From NCBI RefSeq assembly GCF_009914755.1, contig NC_060926.1: 64,000 bases of DNA, one strand, 5' to 3'. The translations under genes were made by a program, and so were the position numbers. This stretch comes from the human T2T-CHM13v2.0 reference genome, Homo sapiens. Shown piece by piece: positions 27,871 through 41,669 of the stretch (position 1 is its first letter; each line of letters opens with the position of its first letter). A model generated the notes under the pieces. The model had not been told where the DNA came from, did not search any database, and saw only the letters and a program-made list of their open reading frames with translations.

Positions 27871-28591
27871 TCTAATTTTCATCTTTCTTCTTTTTAATTA
27901 TAAATTGTGAAGGCTGTACATTTACCTCTTGGTACAACTTAAACCACATCATGCATTATAAAATTTTGCTATTGGATGTTTTCTTTAAATTTTGAAACAA
28001 TAAAAATTTACAAAAAAGTTGTACATATAGTACAAATATTTTGTTTTTCCTTGTAAATTAACCCCATGGTTCATTAGCCCCCAAACACTTTCATGTGTGT
28101 TTTCTACTAATAAGAATTTATTATCTGCAAAACAACCAATAAAATCAGATAGGAACTTGGATACAATTCTCTTCAGTCTACAGACCACATTCCAGGTTCA
28201 CCAATTAATGCAATGATATTTTTTGAAATAAAAGGATCCAGTTCAGAATCACACAATGCATTTAGCTAATATATCTTTTTAGTCTGTTTCAGCCTAGAAT
28301 ATTCTTCAGTCCGTGGTTGACTTTTATGACTTCAATGCTTTTGAGGATGAGTTTAGTTACTTTATAGAATTTCCCACAGTTAAGTTTGTCTGATGTTTCC
28401 TTATGATAGATTCAGGTTATAATATCATAGCAGTGATGCTGTGTTCTTCTCAATGCATTTTACCAGGTCATGAGTGCTTTCAGTAACTGATACTCACTTT
28501 GACCATTTCATGAAAGAGATGTCTGCTAGGCTCCTCCACCATAAAGTTACCTTTATCCCCCTTTGGAGGAAGGTACTTCTTTGAAACTATG

Positions 28592-28957
28592 TGTCTTAGT
28601 CTGTTCATGCTGCTAAAACACTGGAGACTGGGTAACTTACAAGCAACAGAAATTTATGTCTCCCAGTTCCGGAGGCGGGGAAGTCTAAGACTGAGGTGGT
28701 AGCAGATTTGGTGTCTGATGACAGCTGCTCTCTGATTCCAAAATGGCACCTTGTTTCTAAGTCCTCAAGGGCAGAAGGCAGAAGGACAAAAAGAGGCAAA
28801 AACTCACTAGGCTTCCTTCAACCTCTTTTATAAGAACACTAATCCATTCTTGAGGGCAGAGCCCTCATGACATAACCACTTCTTAATAGTTACAAACTGA
28901 GTGTTTGTTAGTTTCTAACATGAATTTTGGAGGAACACATACATTTAAACCATAGTA
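28592..28957 (-). mobile_element. MST/MLT1A-type MaLR solo LTR with 5-bp TSD
   Basis: 'tgtcttagtctgttcatgctgct...aaaccatagta'; TSD CTATG at 28587-28591 and 28958-28962. Confidence 0.85.
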
Positions 28958-30058
28958 CTATGTAAATATCTCACTCCTCATCACATTGTAATTTGCTCAT
29001 TTATTTATGTTTGTAAGGCCTCATATTTTACTTAATATCATAAGTTACTATCACTGATACTATCAGTATCAATTTTGGCACTCAAATTATGGCCAATTTG
29101 GTCAGTAAGAACCCTTTTAAGTTGGCTTCTAAATCATTTTGACATACTTTTATCATTATAAAAATACTTCCTTGCTTCTGGCACAATAAGTTCCAGGCTT
29201 TCTTGAATTTTTTTTCTCCTCTAGGCCCAGAATCAGCCATTTCCCCAAGTCCTATTTCCTTTTATGTAAAATGGTACCTCAAAGCCAAGATGTGGGTGCT
29301 GTACATGCTCCTGTTGGAGCGTTGCTACTTCCAGGTCCTATCCCAGCTAGGTATATGTGTGTGTATACCACATATTTACATCTAAATTAATTTCTATGTC
29401 TATCTCTATATATTGAATACCATGAGTCCATGCTGACACCTGCAATTTCACATGTCCATTCTAGTTTTCTCTCTTGCTATATATGTAGATCCCTTCTCTA
29501 CTGGTGAGAAAGCTAGCTTCCATAATTTTTCTGATATTTACTTATGCAATCAACCCCACTTTATGCAATCTATCTCCATCCCCACTATGAACCCTTGGCC
29601 TACACAGATGTCCTCCTCTCCCTGTTTGGACTCTGACTTCCCCAACCACATCAACGGCCTGTGTGAATATTTCCTCACCCTGTTAAGGCTGATTCCCCAT
29701 GCGAGGATGCCTGCCATCCCAGAGTGATGTTCTTATTGTCCATGGGCTCTGATACCACCTCTGGACACTGCAGCTCCTCCTATCTTGGTCTATTCCACCT
29801 AATGGCTTCAGGACTGAATTTTTCAGGAAGTAGAAGGAATATCACTCAAGTTTTGCCATTTAATATTTTCATCTCCTGAAATTCTTCAAGTCATAACTTA
29901 CTTTATATATATTTTACATTTCAAATATGTTGAGGATTTTTGTTTTTATTTCTAATTTAGTAACATTGTGTTGAGATCTACTTTCTAATTTCTAAATTAA
30001 TAATATTCAGATCACCTCTTATATTTGTTGAGGTTTTCTTTAAAGCCCAATTAGTGAT

Positions 30059-32973
30059 TGTATTAGTCAGGGTTCTCCATAGAGACAGAACCAATGAATA
30101 CACACACACACACACACAGAAAGAGATATAGATATATGCGAGGGGACATATTAGGGATAGTGGCTTATGTGCTTACGGAGGTTGAGAAATCCCACAGTAG
30201 GCCATTGCAAGATGGAGAACCAGGAAAGCCAGTAGCATGGCTTGGTCCAAGTCCAAAAGCCTAAGAACTAGGGAAGCCAATGGTGTAACTCTCAGTCTGA
30301 GGCCAAAGACCCTAGAACCTGGTGGGTGCAGGGGGTAGCCACTGAGGTAAGTCTTGGAGTCCAAAGACTAGAGAATCTGGAGTTCTGGTGTCCAAGGGCA
30401 GAAGAAGGGTATCCTACCTCCAGAAGAGAGAGAAAGAAAAAGAGTTCACTTTTTGATATGGTTTGGCTGTGTCCCCACCCAGTCTCATCTTGAATTGTAA
30501 CTCCCACAATTCTCATGTTTTGTGGGACAAACCTGGTGGGAGGTAATTGAACCATGGGGGTGGGTCTTTCCCATGCTGTTCTCATGATAGTGAATAAGTC
30601 TTATGAAATCTAATAGTTTTAAAAATGGGATTTTCCTGGCACAAGCTCACTCTCTCTTTGCCTGCTGCCATCCATGTAAGATGTGAATTGCTCCTCCACC
30701 ATGATTATGAGTCCTCCCCAGTGACATGGAACTGTAAGTCCATTAAATGCCTTTCTTTTGTAAATTGCTCAGTCTCAGGTATGTCTTTATCAACAGTAAG
30801 AAAACAAACTTATACAATAAATTGGTACCAGGAGTGGGGTTCTACTGAAAAGATACCCAAAAATGTTGAAGTGACTTTGAAACTGGGTAACAGGCAGTGG
30901 TTGGAAGTTTGGAGGACTCAAAAACTAAGACAGGAAAATGTGGGAAAGTTTAGAACTTCCTAAAGACTTATTGAATGGCTTTGCCCAAAACGCTGATAGC
31001 AATAAGGACAATAAAGTCCGGGCTGAGGTGGTGTCAGATGGAAATGAGGAACTTGTTGAGAACTGGAGCAAAGGTGACTCTTGTTATATTTTAGCAAAGA
31101 GACTGGTGGTATTTTGCCCCTGCCCTAGAGATTTGTGGAACTTTGAACTTGAGCGAGATGATTTAGGATATCTGGTGGAGGAAATTTCTAAGCAGCAAAG
31201 CATTCGAGAGGCAACTTGGGTGCTGTTAAAGGCATTCACTTTTAGAAGGGAAGCAGAGCACAAAAGTTCAGAAAATTTGCAGCCTATGTGATTGAAAAGA
31301 AAACATCATTTTCTGAGGAGAAATTCAAGCCAGCTGCAGAAATTTGCATAAGTAATAAGGAGCTGAATATTAATGACCAAGACAATGGGGAAAATGTCTC
31401 TAGAGCATATCAGAGGTCTTTACAGCAGCCCCTCCCATCACAGGCCTGGAGGCTTAGAAGGAAAAAGTGGTTTCATGGGTGAGGTCCAGAGTCCCTGTGC
31501 TGTGTGCAGCCTGGGGACTTGGTGCCCTGTGTCCCAGCTGCTCCAGCTGTGGCTGAAAGGGGCCCACACAGAACTCAGGCTGCAGCTTCAGAGGGTGTAA
31601 GCCACAAGCCTTGGCAGCTTCCATGTGGTGTTGAGCCTGATAGTGCTCAAGAAGTCAAGAATTGGGTATTGGGAACCTCCACCTAGATTTCAAAGGATGT
31701 ATAGAAATGCCTGGATGTCCAGAGAGAAGTTTGCTGCAGGGGTGGGAACTTCATTGAGAACCTCTGCTAGGGCAGTACAGAGGGAAATGTGGGGTCAGAG
31801 CCCCCATGCAGACACCCTACTGGGGCACTGCCTAGTGGAGCTGTGAGAAGATGGCCACCATCCTTCAGACCCCAGAATGGTAGATCCACTGACGGCTTGC
31901 GCTGTGCACCTGGAAAACCCACAGACACTCAATGCCAGCCATGAAAGCAGCTGTGAGGGAGGCTGTACCCTGCAAAGGACCTGGTAGAGCTGTCCAATAC
32001 CCTGGGAACCCACCTCTTGCATCAGTGTGACCTGCATGTTAGATGTGGAGTCAAAGGATGTAATTTTGGAGCTTTAAGATTTGACTGTCCTGCTGGATAT
32101 CGGACTTGCATGGGGCCTGTAGCTCTTTTGTTTTAGCCAGTTTCTCCCATTTGGAACAGCTGTATTTACCCAATGCCTTTACCCTCATTGTATCTAGGAA
32201 GTACTTAACTTGCTTTTGATTTTACAAGCACATAGGCAGAAGGGACTTGTCTTGTCTCACATAAGTCTTTGGACTTTGAACTTTTGAGTTAATGCTGAAA
32301 TGAGTTAAGACTTTGGGGGACTGTTGAGAAGGCATGATTGGTTTTGAAATGTGAGGACATGAGATTTGAGAAGGGCCAGGGGTGGGATGATATGGTTTGT
32401 CTCTGTCCCCACTCAAATTTCATCCCAAATTTCATCTTAATTGTAACTCCCACAATTTCCACATTTTGTGGGAGGAACATGGTGGGAGGTAATTGAATCA
32501 CGGGGGTGGGTGTTTCCTGTGCTGTTCTCATGATAGTAAGTCTCACAAGATCTGATGGTTTGAAAAACGGGAGTTTCTCTGTACAAGCTCTCTCTCTTTT
32601 TGCCTGTTGCCATCCTTGTAAGATATGGCTTGCTCCTCCACCATGATTATGAGGCCTCCCCAGCCACGTGGAACTGTAAGTCCATTAAACCTCTTTCTTT
32701 TGAAAATTGCCCAGTCTTGGATATAGTCTTTATCAGCAGCATAAAAACAAACTAATACAGCTTTCCTCTGCCTTTTTGTTCTATTTGGGCCCTCAGCTGA
32801 CTGGATGGTGTCCACCACACTGAGTAAGGGCAGATCTTTCTTACTCAATCCACTGATTCAAACACTAATCACTTCTGTAAATGCCCTCACAGACGTACTC
32901 AGAAATAATGCTTTACCAGCTGTCCGGGTATCCCTTAATCTGGTCAAGTTGACACCTAAAATTAACCATCATA
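30059..32973 (-). mobile_element. MLT2 LTR split in two (30059-30453 and 32760-32973) by a THE1 insertion
   Basis: Begins 'tgtattagtcagggttctccatagagacagaacc', ends 'aagttgacacctaaaattaaccatcata'; near-TSD gtgat/gtggt. Confidence 0.85.
30454..32759 (+). mobile_element. Full-length THE1 (C/D-like) MaLR element: 5'LTR 30454-30816, internal 30817-32387, 3'LTR 32388-32759
   Basis: Both LTRs start 'tgatatggtttg' and end 'aact(t/a)ataca'; internal ORF remnant MWESLELPKDLLNGFAQNAD... is the THE1-int signature. Confidence 0.93.
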
Positions 32974-33313
32974 GTGGTCAATTTGGTAAACGCTTCAAGT
33001 GTACTTGAAAATTTTCATATTCTCAAACTGTTGGGTTCAAGATTCAATATATATCCATCATATTAAACTTAAAATTTGTATGTTCAAATCCTCTATATCC
33101 TAAGATTTTGTCTGCTTGATCTACCAATTAGTGAGAGAAGAGTGTTAAAAATTTTCCACTATGGTTGTAGATTTTTAAATTTTCCCTCACAATTTGATCA
33201 ATTTCTGTGTCACATATTTGAATGTATGTTATTTGGTGAATACAAGTTTAGAATTGCTATGTCTTTCAGGTGACTTATACTTTTCTAAATTATGCACTAG
33301 CCACTGTTATTCT

Positions 33314-34856
33314 CTCTTTTTTTTTTATTTTTTTATTATTTTTATTGATCATTCTTGGGTGTTTCTCACAGAGGGGGATTTGGCAGGGTCATAGGACAAT
33401 AGTGGAGGGAAGGTCAGCAGATAAACAAGTGAACAAAGGTCTCTGGTTTTCCTAGGCAGAGGACCCTGAGGCCTTCCGCAGTGTTTGTGTCCCTGGGTAC
33501 TTGAGATTAGGGAGTGGTGATGACTCTTAACGAGCATGCTGCCTTCAAGCATCTGTTTAACAAAGCACATCTTGCACTGCCCTTAATCCATTTAACCCTG
33601 AGTGGACACAGCACATGTTTCAGAGAGCACAGGGTTGGGGGGTAAGGTCACAGATCAACAGGATCCCAAGGCAGAAGAATTTTTCTTAGTACAGAACAAA
33701 ATGAAAAGTCTCCCATGTCTACTTCTTTCCACACAGACACGGCAACCATCCGATTTCTCAATCTTTTCCCCACCTTTCCCCACTTTCTATTCCACAAAAC
33801 CACCATTGTCATCATGGCCCGTTCTCAATGAGCTGTTGGGCACACCTCCCAGATGGGGTGGTGGCCGGGCAGAGGGGCTCCTCACTTCCCAGTAGGGGCG
33901 GCCGGGCAGAGGCACCCCTCACCTCCCGGGTGGGGCGGCTGGCCGGGCGGGGGGCTGACCCCCCCACCTCCCTCCCGGACGGGGCGGCTGGCCAGGCGGG
34001 GGGCTGACCCCCCCACCTCCCTCCCGGATGGGGTGGCTGGCCGGGCGGGGGGCTGACCCCCCCCCACCTCCCTCCCGGATGGGGTGGCTGGCCAGGCAGA
34101 GGGGCTCCTCACTTCCCAGTAGGGGCGGCCAGGCACAGGCGCCCCTCACCTCCCGGACGAGGCGGCTGGCCGGGCGGGGGGCTGACCCCCCCACCTCCCT
34201 CCCGGACGGGGCGGCTGGCCGGGCGGGGGGCTGACCCCCCCACCTCCCTCCCGGACGGGGCGGCTGGCCGGGCGGGGGGCTGACCCCCCCCACCTCCCTC
34301 CCGGACGGGGCAGCTGGCCGGGCGGGGGGCTGACCCCCCCACCTCCCTCCCGGACGGGGTGGCTGCCGGGTGGAGACGCTCCTCACTTCCCAGATGGGGT
34401 GGCTGCCGGGCGGAGGGGCTCCTCACTTCCCAGACGGGGCGGCTGCCAGGCGGAGGGTCTCCTCACTTCTCAGACGGGGCGGTTGCCAGGCGGAGGGTCT
34501 CCTCCCTTCTCAGATGGGGCGGCTGGGCAGAGACACTCCTCACCTCCCAGACGGGGTCGCGACCGGGCAGAGGCGCTCCTCACATCCCAGACGGGGCGGC
34601 GGGGCAAAGGCACTCCCCACATCTCAGACGATGGCCGGCCGGGCAGAGACGCTCCCCACTTCCTAGATGGGATGGCGGCCGGGAAGAGGCGCTCCTCACT
34701 TCCTAGATGGGATGGTGGCCGGGCAGAGACGCTCCTCACTTTCCAGACTGGGCAGCCAGGCAGAGGGGCTCCTAACATCTGGGCGGCCAGGCAGAGACGC
34801 TCCTCACCTCCCAGACGGGGTGGCGGCCGGGCGGAGGCTGCAATCTCGGCACTTTA
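33314..34856 (-). mobile_element. SVA retrotransposon (SVA_D-F-like), 5'-truncated
   Basis: Poly(T), SINE-R ('gatcattcttgggtgtttctc...gtttaacaaagcacatcttgcac'), GC-rich VNTR 33840-34830, ends at the start of the Alu-like domain 'ctgcaatctcggcacttt'; 13-bp TSD ccactgttattct at 33301-33313 and 34857-34869; no (CCCTCT)n head. Confidence 0.97.
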
Positions 34857-36922
34857 CCACTGTTATTCTTAACAATGTTTCAATAATGGTTTTTGCCTTA
34901 AAGTCTATTTTTCTAATATTAATGTAAGACTTTCCTTTTCCAGTTAGTACTTGCTGGTTTTTCTTTTCCTAGAATTTTGCTTCCAATCTTTCTATGCCCT
35001 TAAGGTTTGGATGTGTCTTTAGTAAACACCATTTACCTGAATTTTTAAAATTCAATCTTTCAATATCTGTTTTAGCTGGCAACATTAGAGTGTTTAATTT
35101 ATTGTAATGCTTTGTGTATTTGGACTTATCTTCACCATTATATTTTGTGTTTCTACTTGCTGCCCTTATGTTTTCCTGCTTTCTTGTTCATCTGGGGGCC
35201 AATTAAGTTTTTTTCTTAATTTCTTCTTGTTTGGAAATAACATATTTTATTTCTGTTCTTTTACCCTAGCTTTGTAAGGCTTAGAGTTAATGAATATGTC
35301 TACTCTTCATCTAAACTATACAAGAATATAAAGACACTTAAAGTCTGATTATTCCCTACCTGTCTTAAATGTTACTATCTTTCAGACCTTTGTATCCACT
35401 GAACTTAAAAAAAAAAAGCCATTTATTTATTTCTAAATTTCTTATGGTATATTTAAGACAAAAAGAAATAAAGACTTATAGAATCATAGCCTCTGTTTCA
35501 CCCTTCAACTTAAGAAATAAAACATTACTCATAGGGTTGACCTGCCCAGTTTTGCCTTCCTCCCCTCAGAAATAACTACTGTAAAGTTAAAAAATGTTCC
35601 ATTTTGTTTTTATTCAGAAATACTTGCTTAGATTTATCTACATATTTGCTATTTTATTTTGTCACTATTGCTTCTTTTACATTATTCTTTTCTGGATTCA
35701 ATTTCTTTCTATTGAAGAACATTCTGACTTGGTTTTCAACAAAGTTCTGTGAATCATAGCCTCTCATTTATTATCTGGAAATAAATATTTGTATTGGATC
35801 TAATTCTTGAATAACATATACATACGATATAAAATATATATGGATATAGAACTGCTGATTGGTAGCTACTTTCTCTCAACATTTTGCAGATGTTATTTTA
35901 TTTTTTCTATTATGTTGCTATTAAGAAGTCTCTTGTCAATCTTATTATTATTCATTCAAAGGTAATCTGATTTGATATGCAAAGTTTCTCTAATTCCCTC
36001 TACAGAGTCTTTATGAAATTCCTATTCAGAAATTTCTTTATTCTAACCTTTATGTATATATCTGTGTATGTATGTATTTAGAAAGAAATTTATATACACA
36101 TTGGATAGACTAGATGCCTTATATGTACATGTAGTGTGTGTGTATATATATGTCTTTATATATGTATGCCTTAATAACCTTAGATTTATTTTCTAGTTTA
36201 TGAATTTCCTCTAAGCTGTAACTAATATGCCCTTAAAACTATTTAATGTACTTCAAAAGCTTTATTTTACATTTCTAGAATTTCTAATTGATTCTTTTTC
36301 AAATCTATCTGAATCTTATTTATTAATACTTTTTATTTCTCCTCAGTTTTAATCATTTTAAACTTTAGGTATCTTATAATCCACCTTTGGTAGTTCTATT
36401 ATCTCAAATTCCTTGGGGGTATGATTCTGCTGTTTTTATTCTTTTCTAAGTCTCTCAAGGTGGATTGTTTCCCTGTCTGTTTTGTAATTTTGAATGGTGA
36501 GCTCATCTTTAATAGGCTTCATCTGGAGGAATCATGTGTGGCCTGGGATGATGTTTTATCACACCAGATTTGTTCTCCATTTGCTTCTGCTGGGAAAATG
36601 TTGACATCTGAACATGAGATTTTTCGGGGCATGAAATCTGGACACTGAGCTCGTAGGAGGTACATGTCTGTGATTACAAATTCTCTGGAGAGGCTTATTT
36701 TCCACTCTCTACCCAGACCTAGATAGACAAGCTTCCTTGTTTTCTCTTTGTGCTTGTGTATATATTATTTTAATCTTACCAATTCACTGAAGGGATAGCC
36801 CTTAAATGATCCTGGATTTACATAAGAGGTTCAGGCTCAACACCCCACCCCACCTCCCTCCAGAATTTCCAAGGCCTTGTCTTCTGTCTCTGTGAGTTTG
36901 AAAATGAATGAAAACCTCTAGA

Positions 36923-37226
<304 letters not shown>

Positions 37227-37852
37227 GAAAACCTCTAGACTTCTGAGACCAAAACAACCTCCCAAGCCCACGCCAGCCATACTCCTGCCATGTGAGCTTA
37301 TGCAACAGCTGTTTGGGTTCTCAGTTCTCTCTTCCTTTTGGCAACCCTGATGATTTCTCTTTCTTCCAAACTCAGCTATTAAGATTATTTATTTTATGGT
37401 ATCTAGCATTCTAGCATTTGTAGTGGGAGAATATTCAGGGTATCTAGACCACTATAGTCCTATAACTGGAAGTTGCTTCAAACACAGTTTGTCCCAAACC
37501 ACACTGGTGAGCCTCTTCCCAAATCTAGTCCTACTCCATGTTTCCTGTTTTACAAACCAGAATGTCATCTTGATGGCCTCTTCACCTTCCTTGTCTAATC
37601 AATCACCAAGCCTGGTTGGTAGATACATTATCTACTGAATGTATGTATCTTCAACCAATCCACTTGTCTCCATCTCCACTGCCTCACCTTGGTCTAAGAC
37701 ACCATCATGTTCCCCTGGACTACTGTGACAACCTCCTCCTGCTCCCCCTTTCCAACCCATTTCTATTGCAGCCAGAGAAATCTTCCTGATATCTAAATCT
37801 GGTCAATTCACATTCTACTATGTATGGGCACCATACTTAGACCCGGGCATAC

Positions 37853-38226
37853 TGTGTTTATTAGTTTCTGAGAGCTTCCCTAACAAAATACTACAGACTG
37901 GGTGCCTTAGACAACAAATTGATTTTTTATAGTTCTGGAAGCTAGAAGTCCAAGATCAAGGTGTTGGCAGGGCTGATGTCTTCTGAGGCCTTTCTCCTTT
38001 TGAATGGCTGTCTTCTCTCTGTGTCTTCACAAGGTCTTTCCTCTGGGTGTCCTAATCTCCTCTTCCTATAAAGATACCAGTCTTGGATTTAGGCTCACCC
38101 ACATGACCTCATTTTACCTTAATTACCTCTCTGCAGGCCTTATCTCCAAACAGTCACATTCCAAGGTGTAGGAGGTAGGGCTTCAACATGTGAATCTATG
38201 GGGAGACACAGTTCAGCCTATCACAC
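37853..38226 (-). mobile_element. MLT1A/B MaLR LTR inside L2 fragments
   Basis: 'tattagtttc...aacaaaatactacagactgggtgcc...gttctggaagctagaagtccaagatcaaggtg...cagttcagcctatcaca'; L2-like flanks ('ctggactactgtgacaacctcc', 'ttacttcctcagaaaaacctttcctgac'). Confidence 0.8.
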
Positions 38227-38624
38227 AGAGTGAAACTGAGCCTCATCAACTTCTCTTCTGTCATTTGCCTGATTTCTCTCTGCTTTCCGGATACTTCTCA
38301 GTATACAGTGAGCTCTTTTTTTGCCTCAAGGGCTTTGCAAAAACTGCTCCCTTCAGATAGAATGCTCCCCATCCTCCAACCTTGTTTAGCCAAAGGCTAG
38401 ATCTCAGCTTCAACGTTACTTCCTCAGAAAAACCTTTCCTGACTCTCAGATTGGGTTACGTCTCTGTGTTTTGTGTGTTTTGCCCCTTCTCATACCACTT
38501 CTCATAATTCTAATTAAATGATTACCCATGTAATTACTGAATTTCCTTCATCCTACAATGCTATGAATTGTTAGATATACCATCAATTTCAAAACACTTA
38601 CAGGGAGAGGGAAAAAATACTAGT

Positions 38625-39110
38625 CTCTCAGTCAGCTATTGCTACAATAATGCTACATAAAAAACCACCCCAACATTTAGTAGCTTAAAACAGCAAGCAT
38701 TAATGCCTCCCTCACAGATCTGTGAGATGCTGCAGTTTGCTTAAACAAAACTCAACTTCAGGTTCCCAGCTCTGGGCTCCAGGCTGAGTTGGATTTAGGT
38801 TGGGTTCATGTATCTTCAAATTTTCCATGGGCCAGTGGCTTCCTAGGCTATGGTATTATCATGATGGATGATAGAAGTTGAAGAGACTTGCAGTGCCCGT
38901 TAAGGCCTCAGCTTGAAACAGGAACACTGTCCTTCAACCCAGTTCCAAAGGTTACAGCAAGTCTATGGTCAAGCCTGACGTAATGGATTGGGAAAGTACT
39001 ATGCTTTCTCTAGAGGAAGCACAAAGTCACATGGAAATGGCCATAAATATAAAACGCACAATTCTAGAACAAGGAGGAATAAGGAACAATCATTCAATCT
39101 ACTATAACTA
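38625..39110 (-). mobile_element. Old MLT1 (H-J-like) LTR
   Basis: 'agtcagctattgctacaataatgctacataaaaaaccacccc...tagtagcttaaaacagcaagcatt'. Confidence 0.7.
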
Positions 39111-40288
39111 TAGTAAACCGTATGTACACAGTTTTTTATTTTGTTTACTTACAATAGATTATTCAATTATGTTTACTATACGATATACCACTTTCTTCCA
39201 TAGTCTGAGCAAAGTCTTATAGAGCTTCAAGTATCTTCTTAGGCACTTTTGATCATCAACAGTTATGCACATCATCCTAGTGACCTGTCCTTCCTCAAAC
39301 CAAGGCTTATGACCTTGACCTCTTTAATACCTCAGAACCAATACGTATTTTTTAGGCATATGAAATAATACCAGGGTTCTATTTGCACTCCCACTCTGGT
39401 TAAACTCAGACATGTCCCCCCGCCCCCGCCATAACTGACTCTCTTATCCTTGGAAATGAAAAACGTTTCACAGAAATCCACAACTAGTTTTTAACAGATA
39501 CTTGACACCTGAACTATAGTCCACAATGCACTAAGTGCTCATACCGACCTCTGTAGCTTAGAAATTCTACAATCTCTTTTTAATGTCTCTAATTGTACTG
39601 TTTGGTATGTAACAGGGAATTATTTTGAGCATGTCTCATTAACAAAAGATTTATCTCCTACTAAGCATCTTCCCTTCTTAGGAAGTCTGCAAAGGACTTG
39701 AATGTTTCTAGATGAGGTTTAAGTTTAAGTCCATCATTTTTCCAAGGGGAGAACATTTGCTTCACTTATTGTGACTTTGTTTGCAGCTCTATTCCCATGT
39801 TCTTTTTTCTGCATATCCAATAGCTTTCATTTCAAATCTACCTTGGAGTCTAGTCCTTTGGAAGACATTTAGAAAGACCACTACAGATCTATATTTAAGT
39901 TAAAATTCAACCCCATATGGTGATAGTAGTGGAAATAACTCAGTGAAGAAGAGAGACTTGTTTAACAAGAGATACAATGTGAACTACAGCACAACTTATT
40001 CCTCTGTCTACAGCTGGAAAGTTTCTTTTAACCTGGATTGAAGGATCCATTCCAATGTAACACTGAAGTGGTCATCTGAAATTATGTCTTCCTTAGTTTC
40101 CCTAATCCCCCACCACAAGTGTAAAAAAGTGACCCAAGCAGGGTGAATAAATGCCCTTTTGCCAGAGTCTGATTTGGATGCTGGATGTGAGAGTTTCTCT
40201 TTTCTGAGTCTGTAAGAATCATAGGTAACACACACAAGTTAACTTTCCTACCACATCAACATAGCCTTCTAGAGAAAGAAATCAATAT

Positions 40289-40530
40289 AGAGGGGAGAAA
40301 GGAGAGAGAAGGAGGGAGGGAGAGGGAGGGAAAGTAGCGGGGGAGAAGGGGAGAGAGAGAGAAAGAGAGAGAGAGAAAAAAGGGAGAGAGAGAGAAAAGG
40401 AGAGAGAAAGAGAGAGAGAAATGGAGAGAGAGAGAAAGGGAGAGAGAGAAAAAAATGGAGAGAGAAAGAAAAATGGACAGAGAGAAAGGGAGAGAGAGAC
40501 AGAAAGGGTGAGAGAAAAAGGGACAGAGAG
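40289..40530 (+). repeat. ~240-bp polypurine (GA-rich) tract
   Basis: Near-pure G/A run built from (GA)n and GGA motifs. Confidence 0.95.
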
Positions 40531-41669
40531 TATGGTGGTGCTTGAGCACTGGGTCCTCATATTCCCAAAGATCATCTCCTAGGACTTTTCAACACATAAG
40601 CCAAATTTAATGCCTGAATAGTGTGAGTTAATTTCTGTCACTTGCAATTCAATAGAGCCCTGGATACTACAAAGTAATAACCCATATGAACAACATCATG
40701 ATTAAAACAACAAATAAAAAAAACCCCACCACAGTGCAGCAACTAAAAATAATTTCAAAGTGACTCAAGTTCTTCATTTATTTTCTTGAACACTATGAAG
40801 GGCACAGAGTCCATAGCTATTCTTAAAAATCCCCCTCTGCCTCCCCCATCTAGTGGTTCACACACAGCAGCTGCTGCTTCTCCTTTATATCTGTCTTCAA
40901 ATTCCACTCTCACGTCAAGATAACCTCCTCCTCCAAATTTAATCTTTTGAACTTTTGTTCTTTCTCCCTTTCCTCCCTATTCTCATCCCTAAAGCCCAAA
41001 AAGAACTTGTCTGTCAAGGCAAGACTCACCTCAGAACAAAAAGAATGGAGAAAGCCAAGGAGGCAAAGCAGGGAAATTTGTTAGCAAGAAGAGAAGGCTG
41101 GGAACATCCACAGGTTCCTCCTTTTTGTCCCATTGCTCCCCTTTTAAAAATGTTACAAAGTGAAAATAAATGTACCTTCATTTGAGGTTCTACAAATGTT
41201 TTAACATTTTTTTTCTTTCTAATCCAATGTCTTCCACATACATATCAGGTTCCTAATAATAATTTTTGAATAAACAAAGAAGAAGTTAATGACTATATGA
41301 ATTACAGAATGAACAAAAAAGGGACACATGAATAAATGTCAAAGTAAGACATTAAACATATTTAGAAACTTATTATTGAAAAAATTTGTTATGGCCAATA
41401 TATGCTGCACATCTAGAAGAGTAAAAAAATAATATTTCTAAAACCCAAGTCATCTTTTCACATACATTAAATGAATAAATAAAAAAAGTAAAAAATAACT
41501 TTGACAGTAAAAGCAAATTATATCTCTATTTATCAAAAGTTATCTAAAATTTAAATAATCTCAGTAATGTCAGTTATCTCAGTAGTAGCTATAACTGAGG
41601 ATATTAATCTGGATTATCTGCAAACAACAAAAACTCAATCTGACTAAACTAGACACGAATGTATTTATT

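Larger units (their letters stand above)
27970..36600 (-). mobile_element. Ancient L1M remnants (fragmented, host to nested insertions)
   Basis: T-rich antisense L1-like text between younger inserts (e.g. 'ttttgtctgcttgatctaccaattagtgagagaagagtgttaaaa', 'ttttctctcaacattttgcagatgttatt'); may be more than one L1 copy. Confidence 0.6.

Noticed and set aside
30938-31686. ORFs MWESLELPKDLL... and neighbours
   Set aside because: Frameshifted remnants of the THE1 internal ORF, not a host gene.
33853-34927. Many overlapping Pro/Gly/Arg-rich ORFs up to 157 aa
   Set aside because: Artefacts of the GC-rich SVA VNTR, which is poor in stop codons.
40256-40575. Ser/Leu/Phe-rich hydrophobic ORFs
   Set aside because: Translation of the (TC)n strand of the polypurine tract.
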